The translations under genes were made by a program, and so were the position numbers. A DNA stretch of 64,000 nt, from positions 12,338,001-12,402,000 of the forward strand of contig JBHGNT010000010.1 of assembly GCA_043228905.1 (NCBI GenBank), given 5' to 3'. Below, piece after piece: positions 22,084-35,401 of the stretch. The stretch comes from Azolla caroliniana. Its lineage: Eukaryota; Plantae; Polypodiophyta. Below the pieces are notes generated by a model that worked only from the letters and a program-made list of their open reading frames with translations, was not told the origin of the DNA and did no database searches. Numbering within the stretch: the first letter of the stretch is position 1; every line of letters begins with the position of its first letter.

Positions 22084-23296
22084 CGGACAATGGCTGAACA
22101 ACGGCTGAGTGGTGGCAATTAGCCAGATAGTGGCCGAGTGGCGGTCGAATAGTAGCGACGATTGGCCGGATAGTGGCCAACAACGACCGAGTGGTGGCCG
22201 GAGTGGCACCTGGATAGCAGCTCAACAACATCCGGACAGACGGCCATGGACAGTCGATGGAGACAACCGTACAAAGACACAGCGGACGGACTGAGATGAC
22301 CGGGACAGACAAATAGACAAACAAGAAGAAGAAAATGGTGAAGTTGACCAAAAGAGGACGATAGAAGCCGAAGACAGAATAGGAACAGAAATTTAAGATA
22401 GAAAATTAGAGGAGAAGAAATCAAGCAAGAGGCGGAGGAGGAAGGAAGGAGAACTACAAGAGAGAAGAAAGAGAGGGCATATGAGTAAATTTAAAAATGG
22501 AAGGGCATCAACCCAATTACAATAACTCGAGGGCACGGAATCAAATTTCAAAAGAGAGGGCAACAAACCGAATTTTAAAAAAAAAACAAAAATTTCAAAA
22601 ACATGAGGGTACAATAACTCACATAAATTAAAAGAAACACACACACATACATAAAACATCATGGTGAGAACAAAAAAAAAAGAGTACCAAAGTTTCTATG
22701 TTCGCGAATGTTCTGACCAAATGTTCGCGAATGTTCATGTCATTGAGTTTGTGTTCGTGTTACACGTGTTTCGGTCGATGTAGTTTCCACCAACACAATA
22801 GGAGAAGACCAAGGGAGTTTTGGTCATAAGTTTCGGTCCAAGGACCGATGTTCGTGTTTATTGAAGGCATATGGGTTCACCCGTGCAAGGCACTATCCCA
22901 CGGGCGTGCCATATGTGTTATCTGTGGGATTGTAAGTGTATGAGTGAGTGTATAAGTGTTGGTACGTGAAGTCTTTGTATTAAAAGTCATGTGTAAGTGT
23001 ATGTGCAAATGTGCACATAAGTGTGAGTATATTAATATATTAAACACATGCACATTTATGTCAATGCATGCAAATATGTAAAGTGGGTAGGTTGTTGGAA
23101 GGTTATATAACTAACCTAGAAACCCCATTGTATGTTCTTGATTTGGAACCCTCATGTAATGTACCTATATAACCCCACCCAAGGGGCATGAATGAATATA
23201 TAGAACTATTAGATGTTTTGCCTCTCAATATTTCTTTCACTCTCTCTCTTCACGCTCAACCCCCTTGGGAGGGGGGGTGGAGCCAAGAACATCAAC

Positions 23297-23850
23297 TTCC
23301 TGTTTCGACACTCGGCCACACCATTCTGCAAGAGAAATCCCGTCGGATTCCCTTCGTTTGCAGATTCCCTTCAATCACAAACACTTGATCTTTCTTCCGG
23401 TCTTGCGCTCGACAAGGTTCTTCAAATCCTGGAAGCACGAGAAGACTTCACTTTTCTTCTCGATTAAGTAGATCCAAGTGTGTCGGGTGAAATCGTCGAT
23501 GAAGGAGACGAAATACCGGCTCCCATTGATGCTCCTGTTTTGTAACATTCTCCACACATCCGAATGGATGAGATCAAGCCAATTCCGGCTCCAGTTCTTG
23601 TCATTGGGGAATAGAAGTCTATGTTGCTTTTGGAGATGGCACGCTTCACACATTTGGCCTTTCCGGCTACTGAAATTCGGCAATCCGGAAACTACGTGTT
23701 CCGACTGCAAGTCTTGAAGCTTTCAGAAATTGATGTGGCCAATCCGCTTGTGCCACAGGTCGATGTATGGCTCGACCTTTGGCCCCTTTGCAAACATAGC
23801 GGTGCCAACATCATTCATCTCGAGAATAAACATCCTCCCGTCTCAGCGCC
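23297..23850 (-). pseudogene. Copia family F GAG-pre-integrase and integrase N-terminal part
   Basis: CEACHLQKQHRL; LDLIHSDVW; YFVSFIDDFTRHTW. Confidence 0.8.
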
Positions 23851-26800
23851 CGAAGACAATCTCATTCCCGTGAAGTACGTGCAACTTGAGAAGTGCACCG
23901 ATTGGCTAGCCGGCAAGAAAAACCGAACCTCCTTGCGGTCAAGTCCACCAATGAGACGAAATGCACCACTGGAGCTGGTGCAAACTAATGTGTGTCAAGT
24001 GGACACGAAGTCACATTCCGGATCGCAATACTTTGTGATGTTCATAGATGATCACAACCGGAAGTTATGGGTCTTACCACTAAAGACGAATGATCAAGTG
24101 TTATTCATCTTCAAGGAGCTCCACGCGAGAGTGGAAAGAGAAACTGTCCGGAAGCTGAAGGCGGTTCGAGCGGACAACAGAGGAGAATACCAGGAGCAAT
24201 TCGAGGAGTATTGTCGGTCGAAGGGAATCCAGCTCGAATTCACCATGCCGAAGACGCCGGAACTGAACGGGCTAGCCGAACGGATGAACCCGACCGTGAT
24301 GGAGAGAGTCTGGAGCATGCTGGCACATGCAAAGTTACCCAAGACGTTTTGGGCTGAGGCGGTGACGACGGTGAGCTATGTGATAAACAGATCACCCTCA
24401 GTACCCTTGGACGAAGACACACCACAAAGAGTGTGGACCGGTAAGGACGTGTCTTACAGGCATCTGAAGGTGTTCGGGTGTCTCGCATATGTGCATGTTG
24501 CAAAGGATAAGAGAGTAAAGTTGGATCCGAAGTCTAGGCCATGCATATTCCTTGGATACGGTGATGATGAGTTCGGTTTCCGGGTGCGGGATCTGGTAGA
24601 CAAGAAGGTGTTCTGGAGTCGGGACATAGTCTTCATGGAAGACAGGACCATTGCCAGAAATCCACCAAGGTATTAGGCCCGAATCGTGGTGAAGGGCCTC
24701 CAGCAGAAGAAAGGAGTGGACTTGGATGAAATCTTTGCCCTAGTAGTAAAGATGACATCAATCCGGATGGTATTGGGAATAGCGACAAGCATGGACCTCG
24801 AGGTAGAGCAACTAGACATCAAGACGGCATTCCTACACGGCAACCTCGAAGAAGAGATCGACATGCATCAACCGGAAGGATTTGAGAAGAAAGGTAAGGA
24901 GCACCTGGTGTGCCGGTTGAAGAAGAGCTTATACGGACTGGAGCAAGCTACCGGACAATGGTACCAAAAGTTCGACTCCTTCATGACCGATCAAGGGTAC
25001 CACAAAACGCAAGCCGATCACTGCGTATTTGTGAAGAAATTTGATAGAGGAAACTTCCTGATATTGCTCTTGTACGTGGACGACATGCTGATCGTTGGAC
25101 GAGATCAAGTCAAGATACGGGTGCTGAAGAAGGCTCTGAACTAGACCTTCTCAATGAAAGGCTTGGGGCCGGCAAGACAAATAATCGGAATGCACATCAA
25201 CCGAGACCGGTCGAAGAAGTTGTTGTGGTTGTCACAGGAAAAGTACGTGACAAAGGTACTCCAAAGGTTCAACATGTTGCAAGTTGTATGGAAAGCAGGT
25301 CGGATCGATACTTCCAGAAGATTGCAAGTTGTCCGGAAAGCAGAGCTCGAAGACAAAGTCAGAGAAGTCGGATATGATCAAGATACCATATGCCTTTGCC
25401 GTCGGAAGCTTGATGTACGCAATGGTGTGCACCCGGCCGGATATCGGATATGCAGTCGGCGTGGTGAGCCGGTTCATGAGCAATCCCGGAAAAGAGCACT
25501 GGAACGCGGTTGGGTGGATACTCCGGTATCTGAAAGGCACCTCGAGTATGTGTGTCTGGTTCGGCTTCGTTAATCCCCAACTTGAAGGATTCACGGATTC
25601 GGATATGTTGGCTGATACGGATACCAGCCGGTCGACATCCGGATATGTCATGACTTATGTAGGGGTAGTTGTTGTTGGGAGACAGGTCCCTCCGGATGAG
25701 GAGTACCTGGCTACGGAGAGCCGGATGATACAGTGCCGATGAACAAACTCGGTCGAGGCCGAAACCGGATGAGGAGTACCCGGCTACGGAGAGCCGGATG
25801 ATACAGACCCGGTGTGAACCGGATAAGGAGTACCCAGCTACGGAGAGCCGGATGATACAGACCCGGTGCGAACCGGATAAGGAGTACCCGGCTACAGAGA
25901 GCCGGATGGTGCAGACCCGGTGAGAACCGGAGGAAGAGACATATTCGTAAATATGTTTTTGAGAGCCCATCGAGGCTATATTTGTAAATAGCCGAAAAGT
26001 CATATTAGTATAAATATGACTTAGGGCAAACTTTTAGTAGTTGTTGTCATTTTCTGTTTTGCACGAGATCAGTGTGCGTAACTGTACAGAGAGAGAGAGA
26101 GAGAGAGAGAAAGAGGTCGTTGCCTCTGTTGTAACCGCCACATGTGGCGAAGATCTGTGAGCACGAGGTCATTGCCTCAGTGAACTCACTGTTGTACATT
26201 CTTACATAGTGACAGTTTGCAGCCTGTGGGCTGTCGTGGTTTTTCCCCTAGTTTGGGGTTTTCCACGTAAACCTCCTGTGTATAATTTTTTCTCTCCTTT
26301 GTGTCATGCATTTGTTTCCCGTTTTCGGCGTATGAAAAGAAGCTCGATTGTGGCCGAGCGTTGGACAGAAGGAGCGTAGAGTTCCCGTCAGTTGTTTCGT
26401 GGCAATTGAGGCTGCAGAAGACAGTTGTGATGTCAACCACGGAGCGGAGTACATGGTAGTTGTGGAAGCCGGCAAGGAGATAATCTAGATGAAGGATTTC
26501 ATCGGAGAGCTAGGGATCCAACATGAGGAATACCAGCTCTACTGCGACAGTCAAAGTGTCATCCACCTTGCAAAAAACATAGCCTACCATTCCCAGACTA
26601 AACATATCCAACGGAGGTGCCATTGGATCTGGGAGAGAGTAGAAGATCAAGAGTTCATGCTGACGAAGATCCACACGGAGGAGAATGGGTCGGATATGCT
26701 GACCAAGGTGTTGATGACCGACAAGCTAGACGTGTGCCGAAAGCGAATCGGGCTGACGAGACACCCCATGCCGGAGTGAAGGGGGAGATTGTTGGAAAGA

Positions 26801-27133
26801 CGGTCCCTCCAAATGGGATCGGGTTATGAACGAAGAAGAACCGGTGAGAACCGGAAGAGAAGACATATTTGTAAATATGTTTTGAGTACTCTGTTGTAAC
26901 CGCCGGCTGGCGAGGATATAGAGCACGAGTTCATTGCCTCTGAGTCTCTATTTGTACCTTTCTCATATAGTGATAACTTGGAGCCTGTGGGCTCCCGTGG
27001 TTTTTCCCATTAGGGTTTTTCACGTAAATATTCTGTGTACTCTCTACTTCCTATTTCTATGTTTCATTCCCATTTCTTTGATTCAAGGCTCGGTTGTGGC
27101 CGAGCAATATTCTGCGCTATTCTCTCCACAACA
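23851..27133 (+). mobile_element. 5'-truncated, internally deleted Tork-like copia (subfamily H) with 3' LTR 26790-27133
   Basis: Integrase joined directly to RT at about 24655. YVDD. RNase H. PPT GAAGGGGGAG. LTR TGTTGG...CAACA. Confidence 0.85.
25673..26390 (+). mobile_element. Solo LTR of copia subfamily G
   Basis: TG...CA, TSD GTTGT on both sides, similar to 14957-15683. Inserted in the RNase H of H. Confidence 0.92.
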
Positions 27134-27911
27134 CTGGACGCGAAGTAGTACATTACCCTGCTTGCCGCTTGGGAAGCCGCTTGTTCCCAAGTTGGGAAGT
27201 CCCTGTATGCCGCATCAAGTGTTGTATCGTTAGCTCCGTGGACATAACTCCAATAATCGTGCCCAAGCAGGTACTGGTGCATCTTGTACGACCAAGATGC
27301 GTAGTTGGATCTATCAAGCTTCTCCGTCGGGAGTGACCTAGCCATTCCTCTCTCCATTCTAACCTTGTTTTATGTTCTCTATCAAGTGTTAGGGTTTGTC
27401 TTCGGAAATCGCTCGTCAGTTGTAGAGGTTCTCAATCCTTGCGCTCTAATACCATGTAAAAGATAATGTGCGGAAGCTTGTACAAGAAACCGATTACACT
27501 GGATAATAATAAACAATAAATACTGGTTTAATGGAAGCTTAGAATACACAGTACATGGGAGAGACAGAGAGAGCAGAATAGCAAAGCAACTCAATTCAAA
27601 AAATAATAACTCTTTGTACATACAATGTGCTTAGAGAACACTTTTATACAAGTCCTTACACAGACTCCCAGAAGTACTAACAAGTACTTCAATGCTCATA
27701 CGAGCGACTGACACTAACTCCAAGTAATCCGCCTACGTACTAGGCTAAGATTGTAGACCTCGAACGGCCTACCGGTTACAATCTGATACGGGTCTCCGAT
27801 CTACCTCTTGGTTCCGGATACCGATCTGGATACCTACCCGGTTCTCCGTTCCGGATACCGATCCGGCTTTGGCTTATACAGCCAGATCCGGTTGAGCTTG
27901 TCCGCTCAATA
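27134..27911 (-). mobile_element. Copia family F copy F2 5' end (LTR 27455-27911, Met PBS, gag start); probably the same element as 23297-23850 and 14181-14744
   Basis: Plus-strand GCTCTAATACCA at 27443-27454. MARSLPTEKLDRSNYASWSYKM. Confidence 0.82.
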
Positions 27912-30724
27912 ATATGCAATGCTACCGAATATCTTAAGGTGTCTTAAATTCGGCTTCCGCTCGAAATACAGCTCATGTGTTGACACCTTATCCCCGATCC
28001 GGTTTTGGATGTAAACGGTTCTCCAAACCACTTCCGTGCAGTAGAATTTGGGCATGCCCTTCTCTTCCAGCATTGCCTGTGTCGACTTCACAATTGACCG
28101 GTTCTTCCTTTCGGCCACACTGTTTTGTTCCGGTGTGTATCGGCAGCTGAATTCCCTCCCAACTTCTTTTTGCTGCAGATAACTATTGACTTGGCCAGAG
28201 AAATATTCTTTTCCGCCATCTGACTGTAGGCACTTGTCTTCCTCTCCGTTTCCAATTCGACAAGACTTTCCAGGTACTGGAAATAGTCGAAGACTTTGCT
28301 TTTCCTCTCTATGAGGTAGATCCACGTGTACCGGCTGTAGTCGTCAATGAAGGAGACGAAATATCGCCTCCCGGAAAGGCTAACACTCTATGCCAATCCC
28401 CACACATCTGAATGTATTAGGTCGAGCTTGTTACGCCTCCGGTTTCTTTCGGTGGGGAACAAAAGCCGGTGTTGCTTACCAAGTTGGCAGGCTTCACAAT
28501 TTTTGGGCCTTCCAGCCACTTAATTTTGGCAATCCGAAAACAACTTGTATCGATTGTAGGTCTTGAAGCCTCTAATAGTTGACATGGCCAATCCACTTGT
28601 GCCACAGGTCGATATCCAATTCGACCTTCTATCCTTTTGCGAACATAGCAGTGCCGATGTTGTTGGTGTCGAGGATGAACATCTTCCCATCCCGACGCCC
28701 TTTCGCGATGACTTGGCCCTCTTCCTCGATGAAGCAACCGAGGTGCATAAACTGCACCTGCATCCCCTGGTCGATGATCTACCCGATCGACACCAGCTTC
28801 TTTGTAATTGTCGGAAGATGTAGTATATCAACTTTCCCTTTTGTCCGACATGGCTTTAAAGGACTTCTCCGACATGCACAATCAGGTGAGGAGTGTCGCC
28901 TCCGGTTTCGACAACTCTCGGTTGCTCGGGTTTTCCAGAAACGAGAACCACTCTTCGTGGCTCATCATGTGGTTAGATGCTCTGGAGTTAACGTACCATA
29001 CTTCCTCCAATCCAGAATTGGTCTACTTCATTGAGTTCGCGTTGTGCTTCATCACGAAGGTTGTCCCTTGTCCGTTCTTTCCGGTTCTGGATCCTCCGAT
29101 CCTTATGCATAGTGCAAGCTTTGCTGGTTTTCTTGTCTAGGTTTACCGTATCCGGATTTATCCAAATCGGCGCGCTTCTTCCAACACTCGTTCTCTCTGT
29201 CACCCTTCCAGCCATAGTACCAACATTTTGTGTTAGCCTTTTCTTGCCGGTTTCTAGCGCCTCTTTGACTCCACCGGCTTATGCATAGTGCGAGCTTTGC
29301 TGGTTTCCTTGTCTAGGTTTACCGTATCCGGATTTATCCAAATCAGCGCGCTTCTTCCAGCACTCGCTCTCTCTGTCACCCTTTCGGCCATAGTACCAAC
29401 ATTTTGTGTCGGCCTTTCCTTGCCGGTTTCTGGTGCCTCTTTGACTCCACCTACTTGTGAAGGGTCTAGAACTGTTGTCGACACTATCTCTATGCCTCCG
29501 CTTCTACTCTTGTTGGCCGTTGCTATTGCGTGCCAACCCACCTCGTCCTCCATGCGCACAGGGCTGATCCACCTCCATGTACAACATTTGACTGTCTAAT
29601 TGAGTGGTCCTCGACCCATTTGCATGGTTTTCTTCAACCATGAGCATCGATTGCAGGTTGAAGAAGGACGATGGCTTCTCCCGGGTGAAAATCATTGTCT
29701 GGATTGGCCTGTACCGTTGTGTTAGACCACCAACGTAGATCTGGACCATCTCATCCTCGTCCACCCTCACATTGATGGAGCTGAGCACGTCACAGATCTC
29801 CTTTATCTTGGTGGTGTAGTCGGTGACCAACATGTCCCGTTGCCGGATACTGTTGAGCTCTTGCCGGAGCTCTTTCCGGAGCTCTTGTCGGAGCCGTGGT
29901 ACTTGCCGCAAACATCTTCCAGAGATTTTCCCAAGACTCTTTCGGTGTTTTCCATCCCTAATGTAGTTGAGCATCTCCTTGTGCCCATAGGACGTGAGGC
30001 AGTATAACACTCTACTCGCTCCTTGTTCCCCTACCGGGAAGTCCTTGTGTGCCGAATTCAGCGCTGCTACATTCGCTCCTTCCACGTAGCTCCGGTATCC
30101 GTGCCCTAGTCGGTACTGATGCATTTTATATGACCAGAACGCATAGTTGCTCCGGTCGAGCTTTTCAGTTGGAAGTGAGCTCGCCATGCTTCTATCCATA
30201 GCCTCCCATTTCAGTCTTTACCGGTGATTAGGGTTTGTTCGTTTCGAGCAGTTGTCGGCAACAGAGGTTCTCAACCCTCGTGCTCTGATACCATGTAAAA
30301 GAGAATATGCAAAAGCTTTCACAAAACCGGTTGCACTGGATAGCAACAAAGAATAAACACGGGTTTAATGGAAGCTTAGAATACACAGTTCACGGGAGAG
30401 ATAGAGAGAGCAGAATAAGATGAACTCAATTCAAAATAATGACACTCTGTACATACAATGCGCTGAGTGAGCACTTTTATACAAATCCTTAAAAGGACCG
30501 ACAGAAGTACTGTCAAGTACTTCAATGCTCAGACGGGCAACTGACACTAACTCCTAAAAATTTACCTACATACTAGCCTAGATTCGTAGGCCTCTAACGG
30601 CCTACCAGTTTCAATCTGATATGGCTCCTGGTTATGGATACCTATCCGGTTCTCCGTTCCGGATACCGATCTGGCTCTGGCTTATTCAGTCGATCCAGAT
30701 CCGGTTGAGCTTGTTCGCTCAACA
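27912..30724 (-). mobile_element. Copia family F copy F1 (5' LTR 30294-30724, gag, duplicated Zn-knuckle segment, protease, integrase), interrupted by F2
   Basis: PBS GCTCTGATACCA at 30282-30293. Gag 30199-29504. 176-bp tandem duplication 29103-29451. WYVNSRASNHM. YTPEQNSVAERKNR. Confidence 0.85.
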
Positions 30725-30729
30725 CTAGT

Positions 30730-31959
30730 GTTGGTAAACTTTTGGGTCGAGCCCCTTCATATCTTCATGTGATCAGGAAAATATATCATTCTAGGGTCGG
30801 CAAATCCTTGGCAATGGACACTGGTCGTGGTTCCTCGGCAATCTCGAAATTGATTTCTTCTAATGCAGAATCTGTGACTCGCGGGGAAACCTCCATTTCG
30901 CAATCGAATGCTTCTTGTGCTCGTCGAAGCTCCATGGTTGCCTCCTTGTCCGGCTCACAAACGTTGTCCTCGGCCATGGTGGGTTTGATGTACATGTTGG
31001 CCACCTCGATAACACCAATTTCGAAGAGAGGTATGAGCCACGGGTTTTCTTCAAGGTATTGATCCACTTCTTCATCTTCCTGTCCATCTAGCATGTGGAT
31101 TTCCTCTGTATACAATGGGGTTAGCTCTTTCGCTGTTGGCGCACTTTCTTGCGTCGACACTCAAATTTTGGTTCGGCCCTAGTGAAAGCTAATATTATTA
31201 TGTTGCCAATTCTATTTGATATTCACTGAGCGCAACCAAGGTCGTCCTAATAGGAAGGGGTACACTCCTAGTGCGTCTAGTGGTCGATATTTCGAAGGAA
31301 TGTCCGCCAACTACGATTCAGAATTTCCGCAAAAATCCCAAAGGTTAGACTGATCAAGGTCCGCCATGCGGAGCCAAAACGGGCAAGCTTCCCAAGTTGC
31401 AATCCCTAGGCGATGACAGGTCATTTTCCTGATGACGATTACCCCTGACCCTCTGTTGATTATACACCTGGATATTTCTTCCCCTTTGATTATAATTTTT
31501 ATGGCAGGTTATGGTGATCCACAACCATCAACCCTGCAACAAACTCTGTGATATGTGTCGCGACGGTTGTTGGGTCCTCATTACGTATTCTTGCTTCTAC
31601 CGTCTTACAAAATTGAGGGACTAGGTTTAGCAATGTATTCATGGAGATCGTAATTTGGAGGTCCGCGGGGGCCTGCCAAATGGGGTCCTCCTCCGTTGTT
31701 ACATCATCCACCGGAGCAGTTGGAGTGGCCGCGACGGTGATGCTCTCTTGCCTCATTCAGTCGACATTCGCCTCATTCGTTTTTTCGACCCATGCTTTCA
31801 TTGCCTTTCAGATGTCATCATGAACCTCCCATTCTGATGTCGTTGCCTGGCTGCACCTGGTGACTTGTTGTATCTTAGCGGTGATTGTATTTACCACTAG
31901 CCTCTTCCCTTTGTCCCGCCGTGGACACTAGGTTGCATAATGCCCCGGTTGTTGGCAAT
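30730..31959 (-). pseudogene. Decayed gypsy C/E-like gag end, protease and RT start
   Basis: Similar to 11200-12260 and 42620-43195 (QQPGHYA knuckle, LLNLVPQF, GRPWLRS, PLFEI). Confidence 0.75.
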
Positions 31960-32378
31960 TGTTAAGAATTGCATGCGGAAGCTTGTAAACACAACTGGCT
32001 CTACTTGATAGCAACAAAAAAATGAATTAAGGTTTAAATGGAATCTTCACAGAACACACACACACACATAGGAGAATAGTTAAAACTCAATTCAAAATAA
32101 TAACACTTTGTACATACAATGTGCTCAGTGAGCACTTTTATACAAGTCCCTAAAAGGACTGATAGAAGTATTGAGATGTACGGCAAAGCTCGTATGGGCG
32201 ACTAGGCTAGGACCGTAGGACTCTAACGGCCTACCGGTTACAATCTGATCCGGCTCTTTGTTCCGGATACCAATCCGAATACTTATTCGGTTCTCCGTTC
32301 CGGATATCGATCCGGCTCCGTCTTATTCGGTCGATCCGGATCCGGTTGAGCTTGTCATCTCAACACTCCCCCTCAAGC
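31960..32378 (-). mobile_element. Copia family F 3' LTR (31960-32365) with PPT
   Basis: Similar to F LTRs. Minus strand CTTGAGGGGGAG|TGTTG. Confidence 0.8.
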
Positions 32379-32559
32379 TCAACTTGAATTGTGATGTTAG
32401 TGTTCACCGGTCCTTTCCTCCATCTCCTCCTGGCATCTTCCTGCCTTGCTCGCACTCTTCGTCTCGTTTGGTCTTGCTTCCCACGACCCATCCAGTTTCG
32501 TGCTCCTCGACCTTCTCAATCGGCTTGTCTACTCAATAGGCCTTGTGCTCTCCCCACGC

Positions 32560-33176
32560 AAGGAACTAAGGAGACAGTTCACGTGAAAGGAGAAGGAGAA
32601 GAAGAAGATGCCGGAATAAGACACTGGCAGAGATGAGTCGGATCGGAGTGAATCCAACTTCGGAAAGAACGAAGACGGACCTTTGGAGACAAAGTTCGAG
32701 TCGACCAAGAAGGCAGTTAAATCAGCTAACGAGAAGTTACGTCGAGCGAATCACCAAAAGAACCCTGTCAAACGATATGGGTATAATGAGTACATGGCAC
32801 ATCACTATGCGTATATGACGAAAGTGGCTAGTGAGGCATCAGATCGTCGGTCAAAATCTGGATTTATGTTCTCTCTTGGTAGCGTGGTTGTTGCATGGAG
32901 TAGCAAAAAGCAGCCGACATTCGCTCTATCAAGCACTGAGGTTGAATATCGGGGCGCTATCGTTGGTACCTGTGAAGCCATTTGGCTTCGGCGGCTACTG
33001 CAAGACCTCTAGATCGAAGTACCGACTTTGATCCCGATCTACTGTGACAACATGAGTAGCATGGAGCTGGCCAAGAACCCTGTGTTCCATGCTCGCACAA
33101 AGAATATAGAAGTGCACTACCACTTTGTGCGCGAGCGGGTGTCAAGCGGTGAAGTTGAACTTCGGTTTGTTCGAAC
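32560..33176 (+). pseudogene. Copia fragment: INT-RT linker fused to RNase H (RT deleted)
   Basis: YAYMTKVA joined to SDRRSKSG...WSSKKQ...LSSTEVEY...IYCDN...FHARTKNIEVHYHFVRE. Confidence 0.75.
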
Positions 33177-33860
33177 CATGGTTGTTTATGTAACCGTATT
33201 TAACATTTAAATACGTATAATACCTCATAATTTGTATAGTAGATATTATACCTCAATGTTGTTCAGTCAAATGTCATGTACATTTGTCCAATACGGTATT
33301 TAACGTACATTTGAAAAACAGGTATAATACGTATTTATAAAAAAATCTAAGTCAAACCCCAACAAAAAGCAAAAGAAAAATAAAATTAGTGAAAAAGAAG
33401 CAAAAGGAAGGAGGGTGAAAGCATGAGAGTGGAAACAATTAGCTATGTCCTTGACATAGCTAATTAGCTATGCAAAAAGCTACCATTGATAAATAGTCAT
33501 TTTAGCAAAAAGCCATCATTAATAAATTAACTATGCAAAAAACTACCATTGAAAATACTAGAGTGTTTTAATTACATATATAAAATGAGCACCATAAATG
33601 TGCAACATAAACGCGCAACATAAATTGATATGTGCACCATAAATGTGTACCATAAATTATATATCGAATTCCTAGGTCCATTATGCATGATCCTTTGCCA
33701 CATCACGTAAGCCATCTCTAGTTGAGTATTGTGTGTTAGTTGCTACCACTGTTGCTAAACCCTATCAAGTCCACCTGCCGCCACTCTACACTCAAGGGCC
33801 GCTACTGTGAAGGTCGTGTATTGCTGCCACTTTTCGACCCGACGGTGTTAACAACTCCAC
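33177..33860. mobile_element. Possible terminus of a non-autonomous DNA transposon
   Basis: Abrupt switch from coding to AT-rich sequence at CATGGTTGT, with subterminal AATACG/CGTATT motifs. Partner end not found. Confidence 0.35.
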
Positions 33861-34565
33861 TGCCACCATTCTACTCTCAGTTGCCTTCTCTGTGCGTTCC
33901 AAGCATCATCAATAACTGTTCAATCTGACGGGGTTCTCTCCTCCATTGTCATCATTCTACACTCAGTTGCCGCTACTGTCCAGTCTTGGATTGCTTCCAC
34001 ATTTCGATTTGATGGAGTTCACTCATCCAACGGCAACATTCTACACTCAATTCTCGCCATTGGTCGACCCTGGATCGCCTCCTCAACTGTTCCATCCAAC
34101 GGAGTGAACTCCTCAACTATTCGGTCTTGGATTGCAATAACTTTTCTGTCTATTGATTATCTTGTGCCGCCATTCTACTCTCAGTTGCCTTCTCTGTGCG
34201 CTCCAAGCATCATCAGTAACTCTTCAATCTGACGGGGTTCTCTCCTCCATTGTCATCATTCTACACTCAGTTGCCGCTACTCTCCAGTGCTGGATTGCTT
34301 CCACATTTCGATTTGACGGAGTTCACTCATCCAACGGCAACATTCTACACTCAGTTGTCGCCATTCGTCGGTCCTGGATCGCCTCCTCAACTGTTCGATC
34401 CAACGGAGTGAACTCCTCAACTGTTCGGTCTTGGATTGCATAACTTTTCTGTCTATTGATTATCTTGTGCCACCATTCTACTCTCAGTTGCCTTCTCTAT
34501 GCATTCCAAGCATCATCGGTAACTTTTCAATCTGACAGGGTTCTCTCCTCCATTGCCATCATTCT
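33861..34565. repeat. Tandem repeat, about 303-bp unit, 2.3 copies, with internal CATTCTAC(A/T)CTCAGTTG subrepeats
   Basis: Unit starts at 33861, 34165 and 34468. Cut by the LTR at 34566. Confidence 0.88.
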
Positions 34566-35401
34566 TGTTACCGGCCGGCAAGGAGTCCAAAATACGGAGT
34601 AAAGGAATTAATTAAGTATGGTTGTAAATAAGCATAGTATGGACAGACGGACTGGAAACGGTATGCCGTTCCAGATCCGGACGGATCCCGAATAGGTGCG
34701 ATAGGCACCGTTTTGTACTATGGGCCGGAAACCTATTTAAAGGCCCGGACCCCATTGTAATCGCAGCTGATAATTAATAGAGCGTATGGTGTTTATACTT
34801 CTGTGTTGATTTCCGTTCTGTAATTACTGTTATATCTTACGCGTGTAATTAACAAAAGCGCTCTAATCGTGTAACCTACTTAGGTCGGTGTAATCGTTGA
34901 GTCATAATCCTATGCCGTAATCACCCTTTGGTGAAGTGTCTCCGTCACACCTTGTGTTAGGCCTTGTCCGGTCAGAGAACAACACAGTTTTGGCGACCAC
35001 GATTCCTGCTTTCTCGCAGCGAACGACGGCTTAATGGATGACTAGACCAACGCACGACCTGGTTACAGACCGAGCTCGACGCCTCGCCGAACGGCAAAGA
35101 TGGCGTGAGACTTTCCAGCAAGCAGCGCACGAAATTCGCTCGGATCGTTCGTTCTCCAACGAGATCCGGAGAGTCGCGGAGGAATCTCTTCGGTTACAGC
35201 AAACTCGCGACCAGGACGACGGAAGCGGTCTAAGTAGTCTCCGGGAAACCGAACGCCTCCTCGAGGCGCTGGCAAGCGGAGAAAACGAGGCAGAAGCCTT
35301 TTCAGCCTACGAATCGGATTCCGAAGGGGGATACTGTTGGGATTTCGGTCCCTCCGGATGGGACGTCCGGAGATGAATGACGGCAAGCCCGGTTGCGGTT
35401 A

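Larger units (their letters stand above)
14745..23296 (+). mobile_element. LTR element family B, apparently non-autonomous; 5' LTR split by a copia insertion
   Basis: 5' LTR 14745-14956 plus 20522-20712; 3' LTR 22916-23296 (terminal A and TSD lost). 18-nt PBS TGGCACGCCCGGTGGGAC at 20715-20732. Inverted PBS-like site at 22896-22911. No own gag/pol recognised. Confidence 0.8.

Noticed and set aside
23621-24676. 351-aa ORF as a gene
   Set aside because: Chance fusion of an antisense F fragment with the H integrase across a deletion junction.
33177-33190. CATGGTTGT as the left TIR of the hAT ending at 52585
   Set aside because: Does not match TAGCAATGGG, and the subterminal motifs differ.
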